From Ignavibacteria bacterium (GTDB taxonomy: Bacteria; Bacteroidota; Ignavibacteria; Kapaibacteriales; UBA2268), in contig JBBIUA010000010.1 in the NCBI GenBank assembly GCA_037440445.1, positions 13,734-77,733 on the forward strand: 64,000 nucleotides of DNA, given 5' to 3'. Under the pieces are notes generated by a model. The model did not search any database. It saw only the letters and a program-made list of their open reading frames with translations, and had not been told where the DNA came from. This document shows positions 1 through 8,891 of the stretch, piece by piece. Numbering within the stretch: position 1 is the stretch's first letter; every line of letters begins with the position of its first letter. Position numbers and translations under genes: made by a program.

Positions 1-6
1 AAAAAT

Positions 7-2019
7 TTAGCGTTTAATAATTTTAAATTCCACTCTTCGGTTTAACTGCCTACCTTCATCAGTTTCGTTAGTTGCAACGGGGAATTGTTCACCATAGCCG
101 ATAACCTTTAACCTTTTTGGTGCAATTCCATTTGAAATTAGATAATTAGCAACAGATTCAGCACGTAATCTTGATAAATTTAAATTATAAATATGAGAAC
201 CTACACTATCTGTATGCCCAGAAATTTCAACTTCAATATTTGGATGCTCTTTTAAAAATTTGACAATGCGATTTAATTCAGCAAAAGATTCTTCGAGAAG
301 CTTGTAATCGTTGTACTCGAAAAAAATATTATTAAGTCTTATACTTTCACCAACTTCAACTGGAACAAGGAATAAATCGCGTTGAATTTCTTGATAACGC
401 AAATCTGTTCTTATATCAATATTTTCATTAATCGACAAAAAACTATCCGCTTGGGCAAGAAAGCCATATTTTGCACCACCAGGTATAACAATTTTATATT
501 CACCTGTGACGGGATTAGATTCAGTTATTCCAATGACTTTGCCTTCGGGCAAGGTTTCATATTGAATTTTAGCTCTCAATGGTTGATTATTCTTTTTATT
601 TAAAACTTTCCCAGAAACGATTACCACTGATTTTGGTGCTAAGGACTTGGGAAGAAGCACTCTGAAGATATCTTCCTTTCCATATGAATTTTTTGTAGAA
701 ACAAAATAAGCATATTCGCCCGAAGCGGGGATTGTAAAATAAGCGTCCCAACCTTCGGAATTTACAAGTTTTCCCAAGTTTACTGGTTTAGACCATTTTT
801 GCCAAGAGGAATCCAATCGACGAGACATAAAAATATCCAATCCGCCGTATCCTGGATAACCAGCAGAGGCAAAAAACAATGTTTCATCGTCATAAGCCAG
901 GAAAGGCGAAGTTTCATCGTCAGCAGTATTTATAATTGGTCCCAAGTTTAGAGGTTTCGAAAACTTACCGTTTTCCTGTAGAAAACTAACATAAAGGTCC
1001 ATTCCTCCATAAGAATTTTCATCTTCAAACGAAAGTAGCATAACTTTTCCATTAAAAGCAAGAAAGTAAGCAGTTCTTTCGTTAATGTTGTTAAAACCCT
1101 CTATTACTATTTCCTGAGGGAAATCCCAATCTTTACCATTATATTTAGCAATAGAAACCCCTTTTTTAAGAGAACCATCGGGTAAATATACATTACCTAA
1201 AATTAGTGACCTACCATCGGGAGTGGTTCCGAACGCAAAATTATGCATTTCGTTGTTTATTGGTGGTGGTAATATATATGGAGGAGTGAATTGACCATTT
1301 GAATCAATATCAGAGTACCAAATATCCTGCTTTTTGCTGGAACCAAAATTGGCAGGATGCCCGTGCCGAGTAAAATACAATCTTTTTCCATCAGGAGTAA
1401 TAATTGGGGCAAGTTCTTGGTATTCCGAATTAATATTATGTCCAAGATTTTCAGCAGGGTGCATTTCATAAGGTGGGATAAAAACTTCGTTAATTTGTAC
1501 TTCATACTTACTTTCGTCAAATTCTGAAATTCCAACAGCATCAACTTGAAGAAATTCAGTAAGATAGTCAGTTCTAAAAAAAATTTTAATGGATTTGACT
1601 TTGAATGATGTTCTCTCAATCAAATGTTTGAATAATAACCCTTTCCTCGAAGAAATAACAAAATTGTTGTTTAAATATACAAGGTACTTTTTATCTTTTT
1701 CATCAAAAAGATAAATTTCTTTAATACAATTATCCGAGTTATTCAAGTTGATTATAATCGATTTCACAGGTTGTGGTTTTGAAAAACCTAAATGTATGAA
1801 TTCACCATCTTTAGATTTTAAGTACCTTGGCGTCCAAGCGCAAGGCGAAAATCCAAAATTTGGCTTTATACTTGGTTCGCCAAGAGCTTGCTCTATGGAA
1901 TACTGTATTATTCCCAACTCGGAAGAATATCCAAGAACACTCGATGCCCATTGAATTTGAGAATTAGCACTAAAACTTAAAAAAAACAACAAAATAAAAA
2001 TGATAAATTTATCAACCAT
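7..2019 (-). CDS. OmpA-family peptidoglycan-binding protein with PD40/WD40-like beta-propeller repeats (PorE-like)
   Basis: Signal peptide; repeated NLG..INS/T...E..P motifs; C-terminal OmpA domain (IFFEY, EISGHTDSVG, NLNLSRLRAESV, NRRVEF). Confidence 0.85.
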   Translation of the reverse strand: MVDKFIIFILLFFLSFSANSQIQWASSVLGYSSELGIIQYSIEQALGEPSIKPNFGFSPCAWTPRYLKSKDGEFIHLGFSKPQPVKSIIINLNNSDNCIKEIYLFDEKDKKYLVYLNNNFVISSRKGLLFKHLIERTSFKVKSIKIFFRTDYLTEFLQVDAVGISEFDESKYEVQINEVFIPPYEMHPAENLGHNINSEYQELAPIITPDGKRLYFTRHGHPANFGSSKKQDIWYSDIDSNGQFTPPYILPPPINNEMHNFAFGTTPDGRSLILGNVYLPDGSLKKGVSIAKYNGKDWDFPQEIVIEGFNNINERTAYFLAFNGKVMLLSFEDENSYGGMDLYVSFLQENGKFSKPLNLGPIINTADDETSPFLAYDDETLFFASAGYPGYGGLDIFMSRRLDSSWQKWSKPVNLGKLVNSEGWDAYFTIPASGEYAYFVSTKNSYGKEDIFRVLLPKSLAPKSVVIVSGKVLNKKNNQPLRAKIQYETLPEGKVIGITESNPVTGEYKIVIPGGAKYGFLAQADSFLSINENIDIRTDLRYQEIQRDLFLVPVEVGESIRLNNIFFEYNDYKLLEESFAELNRIVKFLKEHPNIEVEISGHTDSVGSHIYNLNLSRLRAESVANYLISNGIAPKRLKVIGYGEQFPVATNETDEGRQLNRRVEFKIIKR

Positions 2020-2815
2020 AAAGTTTGTTATATAAAGTCTTTAAAGTATTTAATAAACGAACATTATGCACTCTTATATAGTCTATGCGATAATTAAGTA
2101 ATAATGAATGTAAAAGGGCAGTTGGAACATCGCGTTCCAAGGGATTTTCTATATTCAAAGTTTTTCCAATAAAGGATTTTCTTGAAATACCCAACATAAG
2201 TGGAACGCCAAGGTCGTAGAAGCGCTCAAAATTACGAAGCAATTCCCAGTTATGTTCAACGGTTTTCCCAAAGCCTATCCCAACATCGGCAATAATATTT
2301 TTAACCCCAAAACTTTTAGCAATATGAATTTTTTCTTCCAAAAATTTGAATATTTCTTCAACAACATTATCGTATTGAGGGTTTAATTGCATAGTCTTCG
2401 GTGTTCCTTGCATATGCATAACAATTAAAGAGCAATCGTGCTTTGCAGCAAGTTCAGCCAGTCGAATATCATTTTGCAATCCGCTGACGTCGTTAATAAT
2501 AGAAGCCCCCAAAGCAACAGCCTTTTCCGCAACTTCATATTTCATTGTATCTATCGATATAACTGCGTTTGGAATTTCTTTTTTTAGTCCCTCGATTACC
2601 GGAAGCACTCTTCGAATTTCTTCTTCTACCGAAACTGCTTCTGAACCTGGGCGTGTACTTTCTCCACCAATATCAATAATGTCCGCTCCATCTCTAAGTA
2701 ATTGAATTCCCCAAGCAATTCCAACCTTTGGCTCTACAAACATTCCACCATCGGAAAATGAATCAGGTGTTACATTTAATATTCCAACAATTTTTGGGAA
2801 CATAACTTTCACCAA
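2012..2815 (-). CDS. folP: Dihydropteroate synthase (start may be GTG 2812 or ATG 2803)
   Basis: GILNVTPDSFSDGG, IDIGGESTRPG, INDVSG, MHMQGTP, GIGFGK, SRKSFIG, RVHNV. Confidence 0.95.
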   Translation of the reverse strand: MVKVMFPKIVGILNVTPDSFSDGGMFVEPKVGIAWGIQLLRDGADIIDIGGESTRPGSEAVSVEEEIRRVLPVIEGLKKEIPNAVISIDTMKYEVAEKAVALGASIINDVSGLQNDIRLAELAAKHDCSLIVMHMQGTPKTMQLNPQYDNVVEEIFKFLEEKIHIAKSFGVKNIIADVGIGFGKTVEHNWELLRNFERFYDLGVPLMLGISRKSFIGKTLNIENPLERDVPTALLHSLLLNYRIDYIRVHNVRLLNTLKTLYNKLYG

Positions 2816-2887
2816 GAAAAAAGCAAAATTATCAAAAACTCAGTTGAAACTAAAATTTAAGAAAATATTTCTTGGTAATCCCTTAAA

Positions 2888-3691
2888 TTAAAACCCGAAA
2901 ATCTTATTAAAATAATCAAATGCCTTGATTATTCTACTACCATACCAAGAAAAGTAATCACCCCGAACAAACAGTATCTCGCTTTTCGGAAAAATTTCTT
3001 TGAATTCCTGTATATGTTTTACAGAAAATGGATAAGGTTCAGATGAAAGTAAAACGAAATCTGGATTCAAAGAGCAAAGTAAATCTTTTTCAACTTTGGG
3101 ATATCTTTCAGGCTCTTCCTTCAAATTGACTCCAATATTATTAAAACCACAAATTTCGAGCATAGAGTTTATAAAAGTATTTGAACCCACAACCATAAAA
3201 GGTCTTCGCCAAATAAAGTAGATGACTTTTTGCCCTCTCAATCTACTCTTATCCACTTTCGATACAAAATCAGACTTCTTTCGAAGGATATTGTTTATTA
3301 TTTTTTGTGCTTCAAAACTCGCTCCAGTAACCTCACCAACTTCAGCTATCATTTTTAAAGCTCCATCGAAATTGTTAACAATAGAAACCCAAACTGGTAC
3401 AAACTCTCTTAGAATATCGATATCCTCTTTAGTATTTTCTTCTTTGTTACCAATTACTAAGTCAGGTTTCAACGAACGAATAAAATCGATATCTAGTTTT
3501 TTTGTCCCACCAATCTTTGGAAGATTTGAAACAAACTCTTTAGGTTCAACACAATATCGTGTAACACCAACAATTTTATCCTTCAAACCTAAGTCGAAAA
3601 GAAGTTCAGTTATTGAAGGAACTAAAGAGACAATTCTTTCAGGAAACTTGGAAAGTTCTATTTCTTCTCCAATATTGTCGATAAATTTCAT
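2888..3691 (-). CDS. Helical-backbone metal/cobalamin ABC-type substrate-binding protein (BtuF-like)
   Basis: RIVSLVPSITE, VGVTRYC, IGGTK, PDLVIGNKEEN, FSWYG; start adjusted to ATG 3691. Confidence 0.8.
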   Translation of the reverse strand: MKFIDNIGEEIELSKFPERIVSLVPSITELLFDLGLKDKIVGVTRYCVEPKEFVSNLPKIGGTKKLDIDFIRSLKPDLVIGNKEENTKEDIDILREFVPVWVSIVNNFDGALKMIAEVGEVTGASFEAQKIINNILRKKSDFVSKVDKSRLRGQKVIYFIWRRPFMVVGSNTFINSMLEICGFNNIGVNLKEEPERYPKVEKDLLCSLNPDFVLLSSEPYPFSVKHIQEFKEIFPKSEILFVRGDYFSWYGSRIIKAFDYFNKIFGF

Positions 3692-3764
3692 ATACAAAAA
3701 AACAAAATAAATCAAATTGAAAGTGAATAAATTCGTTTCTAATAAAACTAAATATTAAATAATT

Positions 3765-6257
3765 ATGGCAAACGAGAAAAATAAAGAAAAAATTTTAGAA
3801 AATATTGAAGAAACGAACATCTCTATCCCTATAATTTTATCTATTCTACCATTACGGGATATTGTAATATTCCCCTATATGATTTACCCCATACTTATAG
3901 GTCGAGCAAGTTCAATTCAGGCTATTTCAGAAGCAATGGAGAAAGACAAGTTCATTTTCCTTACCGCTCAAAAAGATCCGACCATCGAAGATCCCGATTT
4001 CGAGGATATTTATGAATATGGTACTACAGCTAAAATCCTGCAAGTTGTGAAATTACCAAATAATCTACTAAAAGTTTTAATCGAAGGACTTTATCATTCG
4101 AAAATAGTTAAGCCATTAAAAAAAGCAGAATATCTTTTAGCCGAGATTGCTCCTGTTGAAACCCAATTTGATGAAAACGACCAAGAATTAATTGCATTGG
4201 TTCGCCGAGCAAGCGAACTCTTTTACAATTATGTTCGTTCGCACAGACTTCTTTCTCCTGATATTTACACAGCATTCGAAAATATCAAAGACCCAATTAG
4301 AAAATTATTTTTCGCTTCAGTAAATATTCATGTTTCCGTTCCAGTTAAACAAAAAATTCTTGAAAAATCAAATTTAAAAGAGCAATATTTCGAGTTAAAC
4401 TCAATTTTAACTTCTGAATTGGAGATATTAAAAATTGAAGAAGAAATAGATACAAAAGTTCAAAGTCAAATTCAAAAAACACAAAAGAAATATTACATAC
4501 AAGAACAAATTCGAGCATTACAAAAAGAACTTGAAGAAGAAGAGGAATCACTTCCTGAAATCGCCCAACTCAAGGAAGCAATAGAAAAAGCAAATATGCC
4601 CGAGCACGCATATAAAAAAGCAATCGAAGAATTAGAGCGATTGAAAAAGACACCAACAATGTCCCCCGAATATTCTGTAAATCGAACATATTTGGAATGG
4701 CTTACTTCTTTGCCTTGGTCGACAAAAACAGAGGATAATTTTAGTATTGAACATGTTAAAAAAATCTTGGACGAAGACCATTATGATTTAGAGAAACCAA
4801 AAGAGCGAATCTTAGAATACATTGCTGTTTTAAATGTTGCAGGAAGTTTAAAGCGCCAGATTTTATGCTTTGTCGGACCACCAGGAGTTGGGAAAACCTC
4901 ACTTGCTCGCTCGATAGCAAGAGCTTTGGGACGCAAATTTGTACGTTTCTCTTTAGGTGGAGTCCGCGACGAAGCCGAAATCCGAGGGCATCGCCGAACT
5001 TATGTTGGAGCAATGCCAGGTAAAATAATTCAAGCAATGAAAAAGGCTGGGACAATCAATCCTGTCATACTACTCGACGAAATCGATAAAATGTCGATGG
5101 ACTTTCGTGGCGACCCTTCTGCGGCTCTATTGGAAGTGCTTGACCCTGAACAAAATGTTGCTTTCCAAGACCACTATATCGAAGTTGATTATGACCTTTC
5201 TAACGTGTTATTCATCACAACAGCAAATGTTAAGTACGAAATCCCACTCCCATTACTTGATAGGATGGAAATTATTGAACTTTCGAGCTATCTTGAACCA
5301 GAAAAGTTGGAAATAGCAAAAAGACACATCATTCCAAAAATTAAAGAAGAATTTGGAATTGAGGAATTAAATATAGAAATTAACGATGAAGCAATTTTAA
5401 AAATTATTCGAGAGTATACACGCGAATCCGGGGTTCGTAACCTTGAAAGAGAACTGGCTTCCGTCTTCAGAAAAACTATAAAAGAAATAATCTTAGAATT
5501 TGAAAACAAAAATGGGTCGAGTGGGGAAACATCATACAATACTGCGTTGCGCGAAAATCCAAAATTCAAAAGATTTATTAAAAGAAAAAAATTTGTAATC
5601 GACGAAAAAAAAGTCGAGGAGTATTTAAAAGTTCCAAAATTCAAATTCAAAAAAGAAAATCTGGAGCCGAAGGTTGGTGTTGCAATAGGTTTGGCATGGA
5701 CAATCGTCGGCGGAGATATTATGCCAATCGAAGTATCAATTATGCCTGGGCAAGAACGACTTACTTTAACAGGTCAACTGGGCGAAGTTATGAAAGAATC
5801 TGCTAAAGCGGCACTTTCATTCATTCGCTCAAACTATAAAGATTTAAAAGTACCCAAAAACTTTTTCCAAAGGAAAGAAATCCATATTCATTTCCCTGAA
5901 GGAGCCATTCCCAAAGACGGTCCTTCGGCTGGTATAACAATTGCAACAGCCTTGTTATCCGCAGCAAGCGGAATTCCTGTTCGCGGAGATGTTGCAATGA
6001 CAGGTGAAATTACTCTTCGTGGAAATATTCTACCAATTGGTGGTTTGAATGAAAAACTCCTTGCCGCAAAAAGGTCCGATATCAATACCGTTATTATTCC
6101 AAAAGATAATGAGCCCGACCTTGCAGAAGTTAATGAGTTTGTTAAAAAGGACTTAAAGATTATCTTTGTGAAACATTTTACCGAAGCTATTCCTTATGTT
6201 TTTGTTGATTGGGACAAAGCAAAAAATTCAAGCGAAACAAAGACAAAAAATAAATGA
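3765..6257 (+). CDS. lon: ATP-dependent protease La
   Basis: LON N-domain ([10 protein letters not shown]), Walker [10 protein letters not shown], Walker B LLDEIDK, catalytic PKDGPSAG and PIGGLNEKL. Confidence 0.98.
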   Translation: MANEKNKEKILENIEETNISIPIILSILPLRDIVIFPYMIYPILIGRASSIQAISEAMEKDKFIFLTAQKDPTIEDPDFEDIYEYGTTAKILQVVKLPNNLLKVLIEGLYHSKIVKPLKKAEYLLAEIAPVETQFDENDQELIALVRRASELFYNYVRSHRLLSPDIYTAFENIKDPIRKLFFASVNIHVSVPVKQKILEKSNLKEQYFELNSILTSELEILKIEEEIDTKVQSQIQKTQKKYYIQEQIRALQKELEEEEESLPEIAQLKEAIEKANMPEHAYKKAIEELERLKKTPTMSPEYSVNRTYLEWLTSLPWSTKTEDNFSIEHVKKILDEDHYDLEKPKERILEYIAVLNVAGSLKRQILCFVGPPGVGKTSLARSIARALGRKFVRFSLGGVRDEAEIRGHRRTYVGAMPGKIIQAMKKAGTINPVILLDEIDKMSMDFRGDPSAALLEVLDPEQNVAFQDHYIEVDYDLSNVLFITTANVKYEIPLPLLDRMEIIELSSYLEPEKLEIAKRHIIPKIKEEFGIEELNIEINDEAILKIIREYTRESGVRNLERELASVFRKTIKEIILEFENKNGSSGETSYNTALRENPKFKRFIKRKKFVIDEKKVEEYLKVPKFKFKKENLEPKVGVAIGLAWTIVGGDIMPIEVSIMPGQERLTLTGQLGEVMKESAKAALSFIRSNYKDLKVPKNFFQRKEIHIHFPEGAIPKDGPSAGITIATALLSAASGIPVRGDVAMTGEITLRGNILPIGGLNEKLLAAKRSDINTVIIPKDNEPDLAEVNEFVKKDLKIIFVKHFTEAIPYVFVDWDKAKNSSETKTKNK

Positions 6258-7078
6258 AAAGTTTGAAAGAAAAAATTGAAAAACTTGAAAGAGAATTTTC
6301 AGAAAATCTCTTCAAAGACTTTCAAGAGGAATTTATCGCTGCTTTAAACAATGGCTTAATTCGAGCCGCTGAACAGGACAATAATGGAAATTGGAATGTA
6401 AATGTCTGGGTGAAAAAAGGGATACTTCTTCTATTCAAATTCGGAACTCTTTCAGATTATTCTAATGAGAAATTTTCATATTTCGACAAAAATACATTGC
6501 CGTTAAAGTCTTTTTCAATGAACAATCGGGTTAGAATCGTTCCCGGCGGAACTTCAATCAGAACGGGATGTTACATCGCGCCTGGTGTAATTATTATGCC
6601 ACCAAGTTATGTAAATATCGGTGCTTTCGTAGACGAAGACAGTCTTCTTGACTCCCATACCCTTGTTGGGTCTTGTGCTCAAATTGGCAAGCGAGTGCAT
6701 TTAAGCGCCTCTGCACAAATTGGCGGAGTATTAGAACCAATAGGTGCTCGCCCGGTAATTATCGAGGACGATGTTTTCATTGGTGGAAACTGTGGAATTT
6801 ACGAGGGAGTGCTTGTTCGAAAGAAAGCAGTAATCGCATCCGGCGTAATTCTAACTTCTTCGACCAAAGTTTACGACCTTGTAAACGGAAAAATAATTCA
6901 AGCAAGTGAAAATTCTCCACTCGAAATTCCACCATGTGCAGTTGTAGTTGCTGGTTCAAGAAAAATTAAAGGAGAGTTTGGCGAAATTCATGGGATTTCC
7001 ATTTATACACCAATTATCGTTAAATACCGAGACGAAAAAACAGATGCAAAATCTACTCTGGAAAATTTATTAAGGTAA
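6254..7078 (+). CDS. dapD: 2,3,4,5-tetrahydropyridine-2,6-dicarboxylate N-succinyltransferase
   Basis: [39 protein letters not shown]; hexapeptide repeats; 4-nt overlap with lon. Confidence 0.93.
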   Translation: MKSLKEKIEKLEREFSENLFKDFQEEFIAALNNGLIRAAEQDNNGNWNVNVWVKKGILLLFKFGTLSDYSNEKFSYFDKNTLPLKSFSMNNRVRIVPGGTSIRTGCYIAPGVIIMPPSYVNIGAFVDEDSLLDSHTLVGSCAQIGKRVHLSASAQIGGVLEPIGARPVIIEDDVFIGGNCGIYEGVLVRKKAVIASGVILTSSTKVYDLVNGKIIQASENSPLEIPPCAVVVAGSRKIKGEFGEIHGISIYTPIIVKYRDEKTDAKSTLENLLR

Positions 7079-7083
7079 TTCTC

Positions 7084-7275
7084 ATGGAACATCAAAAAAA
7101 AGCGTTAATAATACTATCAACAACAAACATAATTGTGTCGATTATCTTCTTTATTTCATTTTTGTTCTCCAATAATTCTTTCTTTTTGATAGTTTCTTTG
7201 GTTAACATCTTTGCTTTTATTTTTGCCTTGTATTTAATAAGAAAGTTAAACATTTCAAAACAAAGAAATGAATAA
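7084..7275 (+). CDS. Small hydrophobic protein (two predicted TM helices)
   Basis: ATG 5 nt after the dapD stop; 8-nt overlap with the next gene; two hydrophobic runs and a basic tail. Confidence 0.55.
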   Translation: MEHQKKALIILSTTNIIVSIIFFISFLFSNNSFFLIVSLVNIFAFIFALYLIRKLNISKQRNE

Positions 7276-8497
7276 AGACAAAGTAATTCCAAAGTTAAGA
7301 GAAGATATTGTCTTTCAAATCGTTGAAAATGGCAACAAAAAGAGCATTTTACTTTACGATAAAAGCCAGATTGCAAACCAACCTTTATTGTTCCCAGAAG
7401 AATTTGCCTCCATACTTCAATTTTTCGATGGAAGAACAACATTGGCTCAACTCGAAAAAATAGTTGCGCAAAATTACGCTGGCAATATCGATGAATTTCT
7501 CTCCTATTTCTTAAAATTAATTGATGATTTGAATTTACTATGCTACCTTGAAACTCCATATTTCTTTAAAGTCCGAGACGACTTTATTGCCTATATGAAC
7601 TCACCAACAAGGCCTCCGGTGTGCGTGGGTTACTCGTATCCAAAAGATATGGCTGAAGCAGAAAATTATTTTAAAAATATTTTGTCAAAATCATTAATCA
7701 ACACAACAAACCAAAACATTCGAGCACTTATTGTTCCACACATAGATTTTGCAATTGGCGAACCTGCTCATCAAGTCTATGCTTCTGCCTACTATTCAAT
7801 TTCGCAAAACAATTACGACGCTTTCATTATTTTGGGGACTTCTCACTATGGCAATTCCGATTACTTTATGTTCACAAACAAAGATTTTGAAACTCCATTT
7901 GGAATTGCAAGAATTGACAAAGAATTTATCCGAGAACTTTCTGACTTTCTACCATACGAAATCACCATTGACGAGCAAGCTCATCGTTTCGAACATTCTG
8001 TTGAATTCGCAACAGTTTTCCTTCGTTTCCTTTTCAGAGATCCACATTTAAAATTTATCCCAATACTTGTTGGTCCTTTTAATGAGTTCATTTATCAGAA
8101 TAAATTGCCCAGGAGTGAAGAAAGAATTCAGTCATTGTTTGACATTTTAACAATGAAAGCATTCGAATACTACAAAAATCCATTATTTGTAGCAAGTGTA
8201 GATTTTGCTCACGTTGGACGCAAATTCAACGACCCATTTGATGCTATGGAACAGATAGAAGAAATTCAATCATTCGATAAAAAACTTATAAAACATATTG
8301 AAAATTGCAGTCCAGATGACTTTTTCAAAGAGGAAATTAATGTTAAGGACAGATACAAAATTTGTGGACTTTCTCCAATTTATTCCCTTCTTTCGATAGT
8401 TAAACCACAAAAGGGGAAGCTCCTTGCTTACAATTATTGGGACGATTCTGCAAATAAATCAATTGTATCCTTCGCCAGTTTTTGCTTCGAACCTTAA
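7268..8497 (+). CDS. amrB: MEMO1-family protein (AmmeMemoRadiSam protein B) with N-terminal winged-helix/PqqD-like extension
   Basis: LIVPHIDF, ILGTSHY, FETPFG, EHSVEF, ASVDFAHVG, ICGLSP. Confidence 0.85.
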   Translation: MNKDKVIPKLREDIVFQIVENGNKKSILLYDKSQIANQPLLFPEEFASILQFFDGRTTLAQLEKIVAQNYAGNIDEFLSYFLKLIDDLNLLCYLETPYFFKVRDDFIAYMNSPTRPPVCVGYSYPKDMAEAENYFKNILSKSLINTTNQNIRALIVPHIDFAIGEPAHQVYASAYYSISQNNYDAFIILGTSHYGNSDYFMFTNKDFETPFGIARIDKEFIRELSDFLPYEITIDEQAHRFEHSVEFATVFLRFLFRDPHLKFIPILVGPFNEFIYQNKLPRSEERIQSLFDILTMKAFEYYKNPLFVASVDFAHVGRKFNDPFDAMEQIEEIQSFDKKLIKHIENCSPDDFFKEEINVKDRYKICGLSPIYSLLSIVKPQKGKLLAYNYWDDSANKSIVSFASFCFEP

Positions 8498-8891
8498 GAA
8501 CTTAGACTTTTAATAAATGCAAAATAGTTCTTACTAACATACATTCCACAATTCCAGATTCAATTTCTATCCCTCTTTTATTTTTTTAATGATAACTTTG
8601 GATAAAATAAACCTAAACCCCCGTGAAGGCGAAAATCGTCTCAATTTCTTGGTCGAAATATTTATCAAAATTTTTAAAAAGTCTACTTTAGAATCCCTAT
8701 ACCTTAGTTATTTATTTTTTTCGAGAAACTACTACCAAAATAACCATTAAAATCTGTTCTTTGAAATTGATTGTAAATAGGAATTGTTAAAATTTTCAAT
8801 TACTTTATATTTTACTTTCACATTTTGTTAAACTTTTGAACGAATTATTGTAGAATTAACAGATCTTATTAAACTAACATAATATTTCGAA

